Source: Candidatus Saccharimonadota bacterium
Lineage (GTDB): Bacteria; Patescibacteriota; Saccharimonadia; Saccharimonadales; UBA10212
Length of the DNA stretch: 52,770 nt
Assembly: GCA_019662065.1 (NCBI GenBank)
Contig: JAIFWC010000001.1
Span: 1-52,770 of the forward strand
Reading direction: 5' to 3'
Part shown: piece by piece, positions 9,614-20,600 of the stretch
How the letters are laid out: each line of letters begins with the position of its first letter
Numbering within the stretch: the stretch's first letter is position 1
Position numbers and translations under genes: made by a program
The notes under the pieces: generated by a model
Seen by the model: the letters and a program-made list of their open reading frames with translations, nothing else
Database searches by the model: none
Told to the model about the DNA's origin: nothing

Positions 9614-10298
9614 CTTCTTTTAGGTTCTTTAGTTCAAAATATCTAATCGGCAACGCGACTGAGTATGCAATTACCAGAATTAGTGATATCAGTTTACCGA
9701 CAACCGGAATAAAGGACGGCAGGCTTAAAACCAAGCCAAAGAAAACTGTTACAAAGATTGTCCAGGCGTGGTTTTTGGACATCTCCCAACTCTTGCGAAT
9801 AGCGTCCGTTACATCTCCGTCTTGGTCGATTGCTACATATGGCGCCAAAGATAGGCGGGCTATTAGGTATAAGCCCGGAAGAACTAAAGCTACAAGTCCA
9901 CCTAAAATAAATAGAATTATAATTATCTCGACTAAAATAACCTTCCACCATTTAGCCTTAAATATCTCCCATACCTCATCAAAGCTGACAACTTTTCTCT
10001 GGGCAGCTTTAAATGATAGAAAAACTCCGATAAGTCCTAAAATTAAGCCTACTAATATAAAAAATACCGATAGGCCACCGTGAACATGCGGATAATCTCC
10101 GCTGCCTGTAAATCCATGGCCCAATACCTGGCCCCAATCGCTACCATGGGTTTTGTCGCGGATATCAAGCCCTATATTCCAAGCTGTTCCTAAAATTGTA
10201 ACCACGTTCACAAATACGAATAGGCTGAGGTTGCGCTTGACTGCCTGGTAACTCTCCCTAAACAGCTGAGTAAGCGTCTTTAATTGTGGTTTGGCCAT
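9606..10298 (-). CDS. multi-pass membrane protein, paralog 1 of a tandem pair
   Basis: 230 aa with TM helices, SLAPYVAIDQDGDVTDAIRKSWEMSK and C-terminal IRYFELKNLK. It overlaps the downstream paralog by 8 nt. Confidence 0.7.
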   Translation of the reverse strand: MAKPQLKTLTQLFRESYQAVKRNLSLFVFVNVVTILGTAWNIGLDIRDKTHGSDWGQVLGHGFTGSGDYPHVHGGLSVFFILVGLILGLIGVFLSFKAAQRKVVSFDEVWEIFKAKWWKVILVEIIIILFILGGLVALVLPGLYLIARLSLAPYVAIDQDGDVTDAIRKSWEMSKNHAWTIFVTVFFGLVLSLPSFIPVVGKLISLILVIAYSVALPIRYFELKNLKEDG

Positions 10299-10367
10299 TT
10301 GAAATAATTATATACCCAAACTGACCGTTTGTACGTAAGGCGCCAGAGGCTATAATTAGCGTAAGCT

Positions 10368-11621
10368 ATGAATCTATCAACACAGCCTTATAAGGGAGCC
10401 CGGGATTTTTATCCGGAAGATAAACGTCTGCAAAAGTATATGTTTAATAAATTGCGGCAGGTTGTTGAGAGTTTTGGCTACCAGGAGTATGATGCTCCAC
10501 TACTAGAACCGCTGGATCTATACACAGCCAAAAGCAGTGATGAAATCGTATCTGAGCAGACCTACACTTTTGAAGATCGAGGTGGCCGGCAGGTAGTTAT
10601 CCGCCCAGAAATGACGCCTACGGTTAGCCGGATGGTGGCCGGGCGCCGCCAAGAACTAGCCTATCCATTGCGCCTCTATAGTATTCCTAATTTGTGGCGC
10701 TATGAGCGGCCCCAAGCCGGCCGCCTACGCGAACACTGGCAACTCAATGTTGATTTATTCGGGGTTTCTGGTATTTCGGCTGATCACGAAGTAGTTTTGG
10801 TCGCCGACGCTATCCTCAAAAGTTTTGGCGCCCAGAGCTCTAGTTATAAGATCCGAATAAATAGCCGCCAACACATGGATGCTAAGCACCAGGAGCTTGA
10901 ACTTAGCGAAGCCCAGAAAAAAACGGTAATGTCGATCATAGATAAGAAAGATAAAGTTGACACCGATAAATATGAAGCATTACTCAAAGAAAAAGTTGGT
11001 GAGCAAAAAGCGGTGAAGCTCCTGAAGTATTTAAAGGATAGTGAGGATATGCCGTCAAATATCCAGCAGCTGATGAAGCTATTGACTGAATCCGGAGTCG
11101 ATAACGTAGTTTATGACCGGACGCTGGTTCGAGGCTTTGACTATTACACTGATATCGTTTTTGAGGTGTTCGATACACATCCAGATAATAACCGCTCGAT
11201 GTTTGGCGGCGGCCGTTATGATGGCTTAGTTGGTCAATTTGGTGTAGAGCCACTGCCGACAGTCGGTTTTGGGATGGGCGATGTGACTCTTCAAAAATTT
11301 TTAGAAACCCACAAGCTTTTGCCGAAATTGAAGGCCGAGACTGAGCTAACAGTTATTCTCGTCGGTGATGTTTACGACCGAGTCCAACCAGTACTTAATA
11401 AACTGCGTCAAACAAATGTTAATGTAGCGGTTGATTCAACTAATCGCAAATTAGATGCTCAGATAAAAAATGCTGTGAAGTCGGGAGTGCGCTACGCTCT
11501 GTTTCTTGGTGAAAAGGAACTAGAATCCAACACTTTTAAACTGCGCGATCTAGAAAAGGGTGAAGAAAAACAGCTTAGTCTCGACCAAATTGCTAGTAGT
11601 CTGGCAGTTGGCCGCGAATAA
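10368..11621 (+). CDS. hisS: histidyl-tRNA synthetase
   Basis: 417 aa. Class II motif 2 is RYERPQAGRLREHWQ and motif 3 is GGGRYDGL..FG. Confidence 0.92.
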   Translation: MNLSTQPYKGARDFYPEDKRLQKYMFNKLRQVVESFGYQEYDAPLLEPLDLYTAKSSDEIVSEQTYTFEDRGGRQVVIRPEMTPTVSRMVAGRRQELAYPLRLYSIPNLWRYERPQAGRLREHWQLNVDLFGVSGISADHEVVLVADAILKSFGAQSSSYKIRINSRQHMDAKHQELELSEAQKKTVMSIIDKKDKVDTDKYEALLKEKVGEQKAVKLLKYLKDSEDMPSNIQQLMKLLTESGVDNVVYDRTLVRGFDYYTDIVFEVFDTHPDNNRSMFGGGRYDGLVGQFGVEPLPTVGFGMGDVTLQKFLETHKLLPKLKAETELTVILVGDVYDRVQPVLNKLRQTNVNVAVDSTNRKLDAQIKNAVKSGVRYALFLGEKELESNTFKLRDLEKGEEKQLSLDQIASSLAVGRE

Positions 11622-11664
11622 TTTATCGCACACCTAGATAAGAAATCTGTATAATAGCCAAGTT

Positions 11665-12942
11665 ATGCGAGTTACTAGGGAAGATAAATCCCCTACCAGG
11701 ATTATTATTAAAGTTGCGGCCGAGGCGGCCGATTTAGAGCCAATCCACCAGCACGTGCTGAGCCATTTTAAGAATGTTAAGGTGCCCGGTTTTAGGGCCG
11801 GTAAGGCGCCGGCTAATCTTGTAGAACAGAATATCAGCCAACAGCAAATCCTCGATGAATTTATGGAGCATGCTCTCAACGAGCTTTACCGTCGGGCAGT
11901 AGACCAGGAGCAGGTGCGCCCAATATCTACGCCTAACGTCAAGCTAAAGAAATTCGTGCCCTACAGCCAGATGGAATTTGAGGCCGAAACCGAGATCTTA
12001 GGACCAATCAAACTGCCGAATTATAAGATCATAAAGTTGTCTAAGAAGAAGCCAGAAGTTACAGTCAAAGACGTCGATGAGGTAATAAAAAGCCTGCAGG
12101 GCCGCCTGGCTGAGCGGACTGACGTTGAGAGGCCAGCCAAGGAAGGCGACGAGCTAATTATCGATTTTGCTGGCCGTGACGCGGCGCATATGCCGGTTAG
12201 CGGCGTCGACGGCACAGACTACCCTTTAGTTTTAGGCAGCAAAGCCTTTATTCCGGGATTTGAGGAGAATCTTCAAAGCGTCAAAGCTGGCGAGATTAAG
12301 GAGTTTGAAGTTAGTTTCCCTAAAGATTACGGTGTAGCGGCTCTGCAAAATAAGCCGGTGACCTTCAAAGTAGATGTTAAAAAAGTATCGGAGCTAAAAG
12401 AACTTAAAGCCAATGATGAGCTAGCCAAAAAAGCCGGGCCGTTTCAGACCCTTAAAGACCTTAAAGCTGATATTAAAAAACAGCTGCTCAACGAAAAACA
12501 AAATCAAGCCAATAACGAATATCAAAATGAACTGATGCGCAAAATTGCTGCCAAGACCGAAATTGAGGTGCCCGAAAGCCTGGCTCAGGAAGAGAACTTA
12601 CGCTTGGAAGCCCAGGAAAAGCAAAACCTGGCTTACCGTGGCCAGACTTGGCAGGAGCATTTGGACTCAGAGGGGATTAATGAGCAGGAACACCGCCAGA
12701 GGCATTATCCAGAAGCTCTAGAGAGGGTTAAAATCGGCTTAATCCTAAGTGAAATCGCCAGCAAAGAAAATATCCAAATAACGCCAAAAGAATTAGAACT
12801 TCGACTCCAGATACTAAAAGGCCAACATCAGGATCCGCAAATGCAAGCCGAGTTGAGTAAAGAATCTAACCAGCGTGACATCGAAGCCCGCCTGATGACC
12901 GAAAAAACTCTTGCCAAGCTTACTAATTACGCCAGCAGTTAA
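11665..12942 (+). CDS. tig: trigger factor
   Basis: 425 aa with the N-terminal ribosome-binding signature VPGFRAGKAP, a central PPIase-like region and a C-terminal arm domain. Confidence 0.9.
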   Translation: MRVTREDKSPTRIIIKVAAEAADLEPIHQHVLSHFKNVKVPGFRAGKAPANLVEQNISQQQILDEFMEHALNELYRRAVDQEQVRPISTPNVKLKKFVPYSQMEFEAETEILGPIKLPNYKIIKLSKKKPEVTVKDVDEVIKSLQGRLAERTDVERPAKEGDELIIDFAGRDAAHMPVSGVDGTDYPLVLGSKAFIPGFEENLQSVKAGEIKEFEVSFPKDYGVAALQNKPVTFKVDVKKVSELKELKANDELAKKAGPFQTLKDLKADIKKQLLNEKQNQANNEYQNELMRKIAAKTEIEVPESLAQEENLRLEAQEKQNLAYRGQTWQEHLDSEGINEQEHRQRHYPEALERVKIGLILSEIASKENIQITPKELELRLQILKGQHQDPQMQAELSKESNQRDIEARLMTEKTLAKLTNYASS

Positions 12943-12952
12943 CTTCTTAACC

Positions 12953-13276
12953 ATGAAACTAGAATCGCTAGACTACAATCACCCAACCATCAGCGCTAAC
13001 ATTGTGCCGAGCCGGGAAAGGGGCATCTTTATAAGCCACTCAATGATTGGCCGCTTGGCAGTCCTGCACGAGATTTCTCCCGAGGATGCTGAAAAAATAG
13101 AGAATGGCAATATGAGAGCTCTGCGAAATTATATATTCCAGCAGGATAGCGGACTTTATTATATTAAAACTGCAGCCGAACTAATTTTAAGCGATAGCCA
13201 TAGGCATGGCATCAGCCGGTCGCAGCTTCAAGAGTACGCACCAAGCCCACCGTTGCGAACCAGACGATCTGCATAG
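12953..13276 (+). CDS. orphan small protein (107 aa) between tig and clpP
   Basis: The track ORF is 12911..13276 (TTG). The first ATG is at 12953 (MKLESLDYNHP...). I recognise no family and see no SD. Confidence 0.4.
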   Translation: MKLESLDYNHPTISANIVPSRERGIFISHSMIGRLAVLHEISPEDAEKIENGNMRALRNYIFQQDSGLYYIKTAAELILSDSHRHGISRSQLQEYAPSPPLRTRRSA

Positions 13277-13289
13277 TTAGCACTCTGGG

Positions 13290-13318
13290 TTGACGAGTGC
13301 CAATTTACTGCGTATAAT
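13290..13318 (+). promoter_or_regulatory. sigma70-type promoter of clpP (TTGACG-17-TATAAT)
   Basis: TTGACG is at 13290-13295 and TATAAT at 13313-13318, with the ATG 9 nt downstream. Confidence 0.7.
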
Positions 13319-13327
13319 TGATAGCAC

Positions 13328-13957
13328 ATGGATAGGAAATCGCAGATTTTAGTACCGACAGTTATTGAAACTGAGGGCCGCATGGAGCGGGCATATGACA
13401 TCTATAGCCGCTTGCTGCGTGACCGAATTATTTTCTTGGGCGACGACGTTAACGAGCACACTGCCAACTTAGTGGTAGCCCAAATGTTGTTTTTAGAGAA
13501 CCAGGACTCCAACAAAGACATCATCTTTTATATAAATAGTCCCGGTGGCAGCGTTTATGACGCCTTCGCAATTTACGACACTATGCAATTTGTGAAGCCC
13601 GATATCCAGACTGTGGGGATTGGTGTCCAAGCCAGCGCCTCAGCCTTTCTGCTTAGCAGTGGCACCAAGGGTAAGCGACTAATTTTGCCGCACGCCACCG
13701 TGATGATTCACCAACCGTCTAGTGCCAGCCAACGCTCCAAGATTACTGACTTAGAGATTGACTTGCGCGAAGGCATCCGCTTGAAAAAGCTACTTAACCA
13801 GATTCTGGCCCGGAATACTGGCCAGACATTAGCCAAAGTTGAGAAAGACGTTGACCGCGATTATTGGATGAGTGCCGAGGAAGCCAAAAAGTACGGTTTA
13901 GTAGACAAAGTCATCGATAGCCGTAAGCTGGCATCCGCTGTTCCTAAAGCCGCTTAA
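13328..13957 (+). CDS. clpP: ATP-dependent Clp protease proteolytic subunit
   Basis: 209 aa with [16 protein letters not shown] (active-site Ser region) and MIHQPS. Confidence 0.95.
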   Translation: MDRKSQILVPTVIETEGRMERAYDIYSRLLRDRIIFLGDDVNEHTANLVVAQMLFLENQDSNKDIIFYINSPGGSVYDAFAIYDTMQFVKPDIQTVGIGVQASASAFLLSSGTKGKRLILPHATVMIHQPSSASQRSKITDLEIDLREGIRLKKLLNQILARNTGQTLAKVEKDVDRDYWMSAEEAKKYGLVDKVIDSRKLASAVPKAA

Positions 13958-13988
13958 GTTTTGTGAGTAATATCACGCTAAATAGTTC

Positions 13989-14017
13989 TTGACTGTAAGG
14001 CAAGCATAGTTCAAAAT
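13989..14017 (+). promoter_or_regulatory. candidate rpoBC promoter (TTGACT-17-CAAAAT)
   Basis: TTGACT is at 13989-13994 and CAAAAT at 14012-14017. It is followed by a ~110-nt leader ending in AAAGGAG. Confidence 0.5.
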
Positions 14018-14129
14018 GTAAGCAAGAAGTAGTGTACTTTGGTGCTTGCGCGTGGAGAACTTTAGCATCGCCGAACGTAGTGGGCTTCGCTTTAGCGACA
14101 ACTAATTTATTAAAGGAGTATTGCTTTTG

Positions 14130-17100
14130 ATGGCAAAAAATTCGGCTACCCTTGCGAACCGCACGTACTTTACAAATCAAGACGACGTTATTAACCCACC
14201 CAACCTGGTATCGCACCAGAACAATTCTTTCCAATGGTTCGTGGACGAAGGTTTGGGCGAATTACTGGCCGAGATCAGCCCGATCGATGATTATACCGGC
14301 ACCAAGCTGAGCATCAGCTTTAAGGATTATCATTTCGATAACCCTAAAATGAGCGAGTCTGAGTCGCGCGAGAACAATGTTAGCTTTGAAGCGCCTCTGA
14401 AGGCGACCGTGGAGCTGACTAATAAAGTTACGGGTGAAGTTAAGGACCAAGAGATTTATTTGGGTGATTACCCCTGGATGACTACACGGGGTACCTTTGT
14501 AATTAACGGGGCCGAGCGGGTGGTGGTTAGCCAATTGATCCGCTCATCCGGCGTTTTCTTCACCGCCGAGCCCCATGGTGCGACCAGTTTATATGGCGCC
14601 AAGATTATTCCTGTCCGCGGCGCCTGGTTAGAGTTTGAAACAGCGGCTAATGGCGCGCTATACGTTAAAATTGACCGCAAGCGTAAAATTGCCGTCACCA
14701 CCTTACTTAAGGCTCTCGGTTTAAATACCGAGCAGATTAAAGATGCCTTTAAGCACGTCGACCAATCAGACCAAATTAATTACGTAGACGCTACTTTGGA
14801 AAAAGACCCGTCAGGTAGTGGTAATGAGGCTTTGATTGAGGTTTACCGCCGCCTGCGCCCAGGTGACTTGGCGACGGTTGATAATGCCCGCAGCCTGCTG
14901 GAAAACATGTTTTACAACTTTAAGCGGTTTGATTTTGGCCGGGTCGGCCGCTACAAAATCAATAAGCGTCTGAACTTAGATGTGCCCAACACTATTGATA
15001 ACCGGGTTATGCGGATCGAAGATTTGCTGGCTGTGGTTGCTGAAATTATTCGTTTAAATATTACCCAGGATCCAGCCGATGAAATCGACAGTTTAGCTAA
15101 CCGGCGCGTGAAGTTGGTTGGTGAGCTAGTCCAGCGTCAGTTCCGAATTGGATTGCTACGTATGGAACGCAACGCCAAAGACCGGATGAGCATGAGTGAA
15201 ATCGAAACCGTCACACCAGCTCAGCTAATCAATGCCCGGCCGGTAGTGGCGGCAGTCCGGGAATTCTTTGCCAGCTCACAGTTATCCCAGTTCATGGACC
15301 AGATCAATCCGCTGTCTGAGCTGGCTCATAAGCGCCGCTTAAGCTCGATGGGACCTGGTGGTTTGAGCCGTGAACGGGCTGGTTTTGAGGTCCGTGACGC
15401 CCATGCCACCCACTACGGCCGGATTTGCCCGGTAGAAACGCCGGAAGGCGCTAACATTGGTCTGGTGCTTAATCTAGCCAGTTTTGCCCGAATTAATGAG
15501 TATGGTTTTATCGAAACCCCGTATCGTAAAGTTATCAATGCAGTAACCGCCAAAGAGGCCCCAGGCTATATCGCCCGTGTCGACTTGGAAGACGAAAAAG
15601 GTAAAGTGATTGTTAAGGCCGGTGCGGTAATTACTGATGCCGCGGCTAAGCGCTTGGCAGTCATTAAAAGTCAGGCTACCTGGCCAGTAAAAGCTCAAAT
15701 TACTGATAAGATCGTATATTTGGACGCTGCCGAAGAAGAAGCTGCTGTAATTGCCGGTGCTGGCAACGAAATCGATGCCAAAGGCTACTTTAAAGACAGC
15801 CGGGTTAGCGCCCGTTCCAGCCTAGAAGCTGGAGAAGTCGATGCCGATGACATTACCCACATGGACGCCGCCCAAAGCCAAACCATTGGCTCGAGCGCCG
15901 GCTTAGTGCCATTTGTTGAGAAAAACTATGTGCTGCGCTCGTTGATGGGTTCTAACCAGCAACGTCAAGCTGTACCGCTAATTAAGCCCGAGAGCCCGAT
16001 TGTCGGTACTGGTTTAGAGGCTACAGTAGCCCACAATACCGGCCAGTTAATTGTGGCCGAAGAAGACGGCGTAGTCCAAAAAGCTACCGCCGATGAAGTA
16101 ATTGTTAATTATAAAAAGGTAGGCAAGGTTACCTATCATCCGGTCCACTTTGCGCGTAGTAACGAAGGCAGTTCGATCAACCAGGTAGTAGTGGTCAGCA
16201 GTGGCGATAAGCTCAAAGCTGGCGATTCGCTTATTGAAGGCATGAGTATCGCTGATGGCGAACTGGCGCTTGGTAAAGATTTGCTGACAGCTTTTATGCC
16301 TTGGGCTGGCTACAACTTCGAAGATGCCATTATCTTATCGCGCAAGCTGGTAGAAGATGACACTCTGACTTCTATTCACATTGTTGACTACATGACTGAG
16401 GTCCGCGAAACCAAGTTAGGGCCTGAGATTGTCACCCGCGACATTCCAAATGTATCCGAAGAAGCCCTCCGCCACTTAGATGAAGACGGCATTGTCCGGA
16501 TTGGTGCCGAGGTCCATCCTGGTGACATCCTAGTCGGCAAAATTACGCCTAAAGGCGAGCAAGAACTATCTAGCGAAGAGCGCCTGTTGCGAGCTATCTT
16601 TGGCGAAAAAGCCAAAGAAGTCCGTGACACTTCACAGCGCATGAGCACCGGCCGCCACGGTAAAGTGGTAGGTGTTAAGGTCTTTAGTCGGGCCAACGGC
16701 CACGAGCTAAAGGCCGGCGTAATTATGCAAATTCAGGTATTTGTAGCCCAAATGCGCAAAATCAGTGTTGGCGATAAGCTTGGAGGCCGCCACGGTAATA
16801 AAGGCGTAATCGCCCGGATTTTGCCGGTCGAGGATATGCCATTCACCGAAGATGGCCGCCCAATCGACATCATTTTAAACCCACTTGGCGTGCCTAGCCG
16901 TATGAACATCGGCCAGTTATTTGAAACGCACCTAGGTATGGCCGCCCGGGCGCTGGGCATAAAAGTCGCCAGCCCGGCGTTTAACGGCGTGCCAATCGAT
17001 AAAATTCAAAGCTTGCTCAAAGACGCTAAATTGCCTGAAGACGGCAAACAGCAGCTGTTTGACGGCCGTAGCGGCGAAGCATTTTCTGAGCGCACCACAG

Positions 17101-17675
17101 TCGGCAGCATGTACATCATTAAGCTCAACCACATGGTGTCCGATAAAATCCACGCCCGTTCCACAGGACCTTACACCATGGTTACCCAGCAGCCACTCGG
17201 CGGTAAGGCCCAAAATGGCGGCCAGCGCTTTGGCGAAATGGAAGTCTGGGCCCTAGAAGCCTATGGCGCCGCCAGTACCCTGCAAGAAATGCTGACGATT
17301 AAGTCTGATGACGTGTACGGTCGCGCTAAAGCCTATGAATCGATCATCAAAGGTACAGCTATCCAGGGGCCAAAGGTACCCGAGAGCTTTAACGTTTTGG
17401 TTAAAGAGTTACAAGGGCTTGGTCTTAAAGTCGATCTATTAGCCGACAACCAAGTGGTTGATGCCGAACAGGTTTTGGCTCAAAACATCAAAGAAGAGGC
17501 CAAAAGCATACCCGAGACCGAAAACGAGCCCGCCGCTCCGAGCGCCGAAATTATCGAAGAGGCCGTGGCCGAAGACATGCTCAATATTACTGATGACGCC
17601 GGAGTATCCCTGACTGATCCAGAAAAAGAACTCCAAGATCTTGAAAACCAAACCATAGAAGAGGAGGCTTCTTAA
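14130..17675 (+). CDS. rpoB: DNA-directed RNA polymerase subunit beta
   Basis: The track ORF starts at TTG 14121. ATG 14130 (MAKNSATLANRTYF) follows AAAGGAG. It matches RpoB along its full length and has an acidic C-terminal tail. Confidence 0.97.
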   Translation: MAKNSATLANRTYFTNQDDVINPPNLVSHQNNSFQWFVDEGLGELLAEISPIDDYTGTKLSISFKDYHFDNPKMSESESRENNVSFEAPLKATVELTNKVTGEVKDQEIYLGDYPWMTTRGTFVINGAERVVVSQLIRSSGVFFTAEPHGATSLYGAKIIPVRGAWLEFETAANGALYVKIDRKRKIAVTTLLKALGLNTEQIKDAFKHVDQSDQINYVDATLEKDPSGSGNEALIEVYRRLRPGDLATVDNARSLLENMFYNFKRFDFGRVGRYKINKRLNLDVPNTIDNRVMRIEDLLAVVAEIIRLNITQDPADEIDSLANRRVKLVGELVQRQFRIGLLRMERNAKDRMSMSEIETVTPAQLINARPVVAAVREFFASSQLSQFMDQINPLSELAHKRRLSSMGPGGLSRERAGFEVRDAHATHYGRICPVETPEGANIGLVLNLASFARINEYGFIETPYRKVINAVTAKEAPGYIARVDLEDEKGKVIVKAGAVITDAAAKRLAVIKSQATWPVKAQITDKIVYLDAAEEEAAVIAGAGNEIDAKGYFKDSRVSARSSLEAGEVDADDITHMDAAQSQTIGSSAGLVPFVEKNYVLRSLMGSNQQRQAVPLIKPESPIVGTGLEATVAHNTGQLIVAEEDGVVQKATADEVIVNYKKVGKVTYHPVHFARSNEGSSINQVVVVSSGDKLKAGDSLIEGMSIADGELALGKDLLTAFMPWAGYNFEDAIILSRKLVEDDTLTSIHIVDYMTEVRETKLGPEIVTRDIPNVSEEALRHLDEDGIVRIGAEVHPGDILVGKITPKGEQELSSEERLLRAIFGEKAKEVRDTSQRMSTGRHGKVVGVKVFSRANGHELKAGVIMQIQVFVAQMRKISVGDKLGGRHGNKGVIARILPVEDMPFTEDGRPIDIILNPLGVPSRMNIGQLFETHLGMAARALGIKVASPAFNGVPIDKIQSLLKDAKLPEDGKQQLFDGRSGEAFSERTTVGSMYIIKLNHMVSDKIHARSTGPYTMVTQQPLGGKAQNGGQRFGEMEVWALEAYGAASTLQEMLTIKSDDVYGRAKAYESIIKGTAIQGPKVPESFNVLVKELQGLGLKVDLLADNQVVDAEQVLAQNIKEEAKSIPETENEPAAPSAEIIEEAVAEDMLNITDDAGVSLTDPEKELQDLENQTIEEEAS

Positions 17676-17677
17676 AG

Positions 17678-20600
17678 ATGCGCCAATATTCACCCAGCGG
17701 AACCAACATTGCCGACTTTGATGCCGTGCGCCTGGCGATTGCCAGCCCCGACGACATTTTGGAATGGAGCTACGGCGAAGTTACCAAACCGGAGACTATT
17801 AACTACCGCACTCAAAAGCCGGAGCGCGATGGCCTGTTTTGCGAACGGATTTTTGGACCGGTTAAGGACATTAACCCACATGACGCCAAATATAAAGGTG
17901 TCCGCTCGCGCGAAGCCGCAGTCGATAAAAATGGCGAGCTAGTTACCCGCAGTATTGTCCGCCGTGAGCGTATGGGCCACATTAGCTTAGCTGCGCCAGT
18001 AGCCCACATTTGGTTCTTACGCGGTACTCCAAGCGCTATGGGCTTATTACTCGGTATGACCGTCAAAAACCTGGAGCGGGTGGCTTATTTTGCCAGCTAT
18101 ATTATCAAGTCGGTCGATATAGCTAATCGCGACAAAATTAAAGCCGACCGCCAAGCTGAAAATTCGGCGGCCGAACAAGCCATTAATCTTCGATATGAAG
18201 ACGAAGCCAAGAAGGACGGTGCTGATATGCACACTTTGGCCGAAGCCCGTACCAAAGAACTAGAAGAACTAGCCCGCGAATTTGAGACTTTTAATACTCA
18301 GATTGATGGGCTCGAGAAATTCCGCTTACTATCCGAAACTGACTACCGTAACCTGCCAGAAGAATTGCGAGCCCTAATTAGTGTTGGCATGGGTGGCGCA
18401 GCTTTGAAAGCACTACTCGAAGAAGTTGATTTACTGAAACTGATCGATGATTTGAACAAGGAAGCTGAAGAAGCCAAAGGCCAGCGCAAGAAAAAAATCA
18501 TGAAGCGTCTGCGCCTGCTGGAGAGCATGGAACGGGCTGGTATTAAACCGAGCAGCCTGACAGTCAGTGTTCTGCCAGTGATTCCTCCAGATCTGCGCCC
18601 AATGGTCCAGTTAACTGGTGGCCGTTTTGCTACCTCTGATTTAAATGACTTGTACCGGCGGGTAATTAACCGCAACAACCGGCTCAAGAAACTTATGGAG
18701 CTAAATGCCCCGGAAGTGATCCGCCGCAACGAGCAGCGCATGCTGCAAGAAGCCGTTGATGCCTTGATTGATAATAATTCTACCCGCTCTGGGCGGGCCG
18801 TAGCGGCCACTGGCCAACGCCGCCGCCTAAAGAGCTTGTCTGACATGCTCAAAGGCAAGCAGGGCCGTTTCCGCCAGAACTTACTGGGTAAGCGCGTCGA
18901 CTACTCTGGCCGCTCGGTAATTGTGGCTGGTCCAGAACTTAAGATGTACCAATGCGGTCTGCCTAAAACCATGGCTCTGGAGCTATTCAAACCCTTTGTA
19001 ATTGGCCGTTTGATTGACCAAGAATTGGCCCACAATATCCGTAGCGCCACCCGTATGATCGAGGCTAACGAATCAGCCGTCTGGGACGCACTCGACGAAG
19101 TAATTAAGGGCAAATACGTCCTCTTGAATCGTGCCCCCAGTCTGCACCGCTTAAGTATCCAGGCTTTCCAGCCTGTACTCATCGAAGGTAAAGCTATTCA
19201 GCTGCATCCCTTGGTCTGCAAGGGCTTTAACGCCGACTTTGACGGCGACCAGATGGCCGTCCACCTACCACTATCAGATGCCGCCCAGGCCGAAGCCCGC
19301 GAAATCATGGCCGCTAACCGCAATTTGCTAAAACCGGCCGATGGTTCACCAATTTTGCACGTTGAGCAAGACATTGTTTTGGGTTGTTACTACCTAACTT
19401 ACGAGCGCCCTGGCGCTGAAAAAGCCAAGCCACGAGCCTTAAGTAGTATTGATGAAGTTGTCTTAGCATTAGATGAGCATGAGATCCAGCTGCAAACAGC
19501 CGTGGAGGTACCTTTCCGTGGCGAAATTCGCCAAACCACCGCCGGCCGCCTACTATTTAATGAGATTTTTCCCGAGGACTTCCCCTTCCAAAACGAAGCT
19601 ATGACCAATAAAAAGCTCGATTTTGTGATGACCTACACCTACCAAAAATATGGCCAAGAAACTACTGCCGAAATCGCCGATGACCTTAAAGACCTCGGCT
19701 TCCGCTACGCCACTGCCTCCGGAATTTCGATTGGTATGGATGACTTTTCTGACCTTAAAGTCCTCAAAGGCATCGTTGACGATGGTGAAAAAACCGCCAC
19801 TGAAGTTAGCCATCAGTACGCCTCTGGCTTCATTACTGACGAGGAACGCTACCGTTTGACCGTCGAGGCTTGGACCAGTGTTGACAGCAAGGTCGAAAAA
19901 GCCTTGGCTGAGCAGTTTGCTACTGAAGATAACACCATGTCAATTGCTGTGGCCTCTGGGGCTCGTGGTAACTTGAGCCAAATGAAGGACTCAGTCGGGA
20001 TGATTGGTATCCGAGCCGATGCTACTGGCCGGGCCATGGAGCTGCCGGTCCGTTCTAACTATAAATATGGCCTTAACCCGTTGGAGTACTTCACGGCTAC
20101 CCGTGGTACCCGCAAATCCCTTATCGATATCGCTCTACGTACCGCCGACTCCGGTTATCTTACCCGTCGTTTAGTCGATGTGGCCCAAGATGTCTTTACA
20201 GTTGAGCACGACGCCGAAGATCCTGGTTTTGCCATTTACCGGGCCGATTCAGAAGCCATCGGTATCCCGCTAGCCGGCCGCTTAGAAGGCCGCTACTCTG
20301 CTAAAACCATTAAGCGCTATGTCAAGGAAGGTGAGTTGATTAGCGCCGAAGCCGCCCAGGCCATCGAAGCTGATGAGTCTGTTGATTCAGTCTTAGTCAT
20401 GAGTGTTCTCTCTTGCACTAACGCCCGCGGTGTTAGCCAAAAGTCCTATGGCGTAGATCTAGCTACCGGCGAACTGGTTGCTAATGATTACCCGATTGGC
20501 GTAATCGCTGCCCAGTCAATTGGTGAGCCCGGCACTCAGCTATCCCTAGACTCTAAGCACCGGGCCGGAGCCGTTACCGCCGGCGATGACGTAACCCAGG

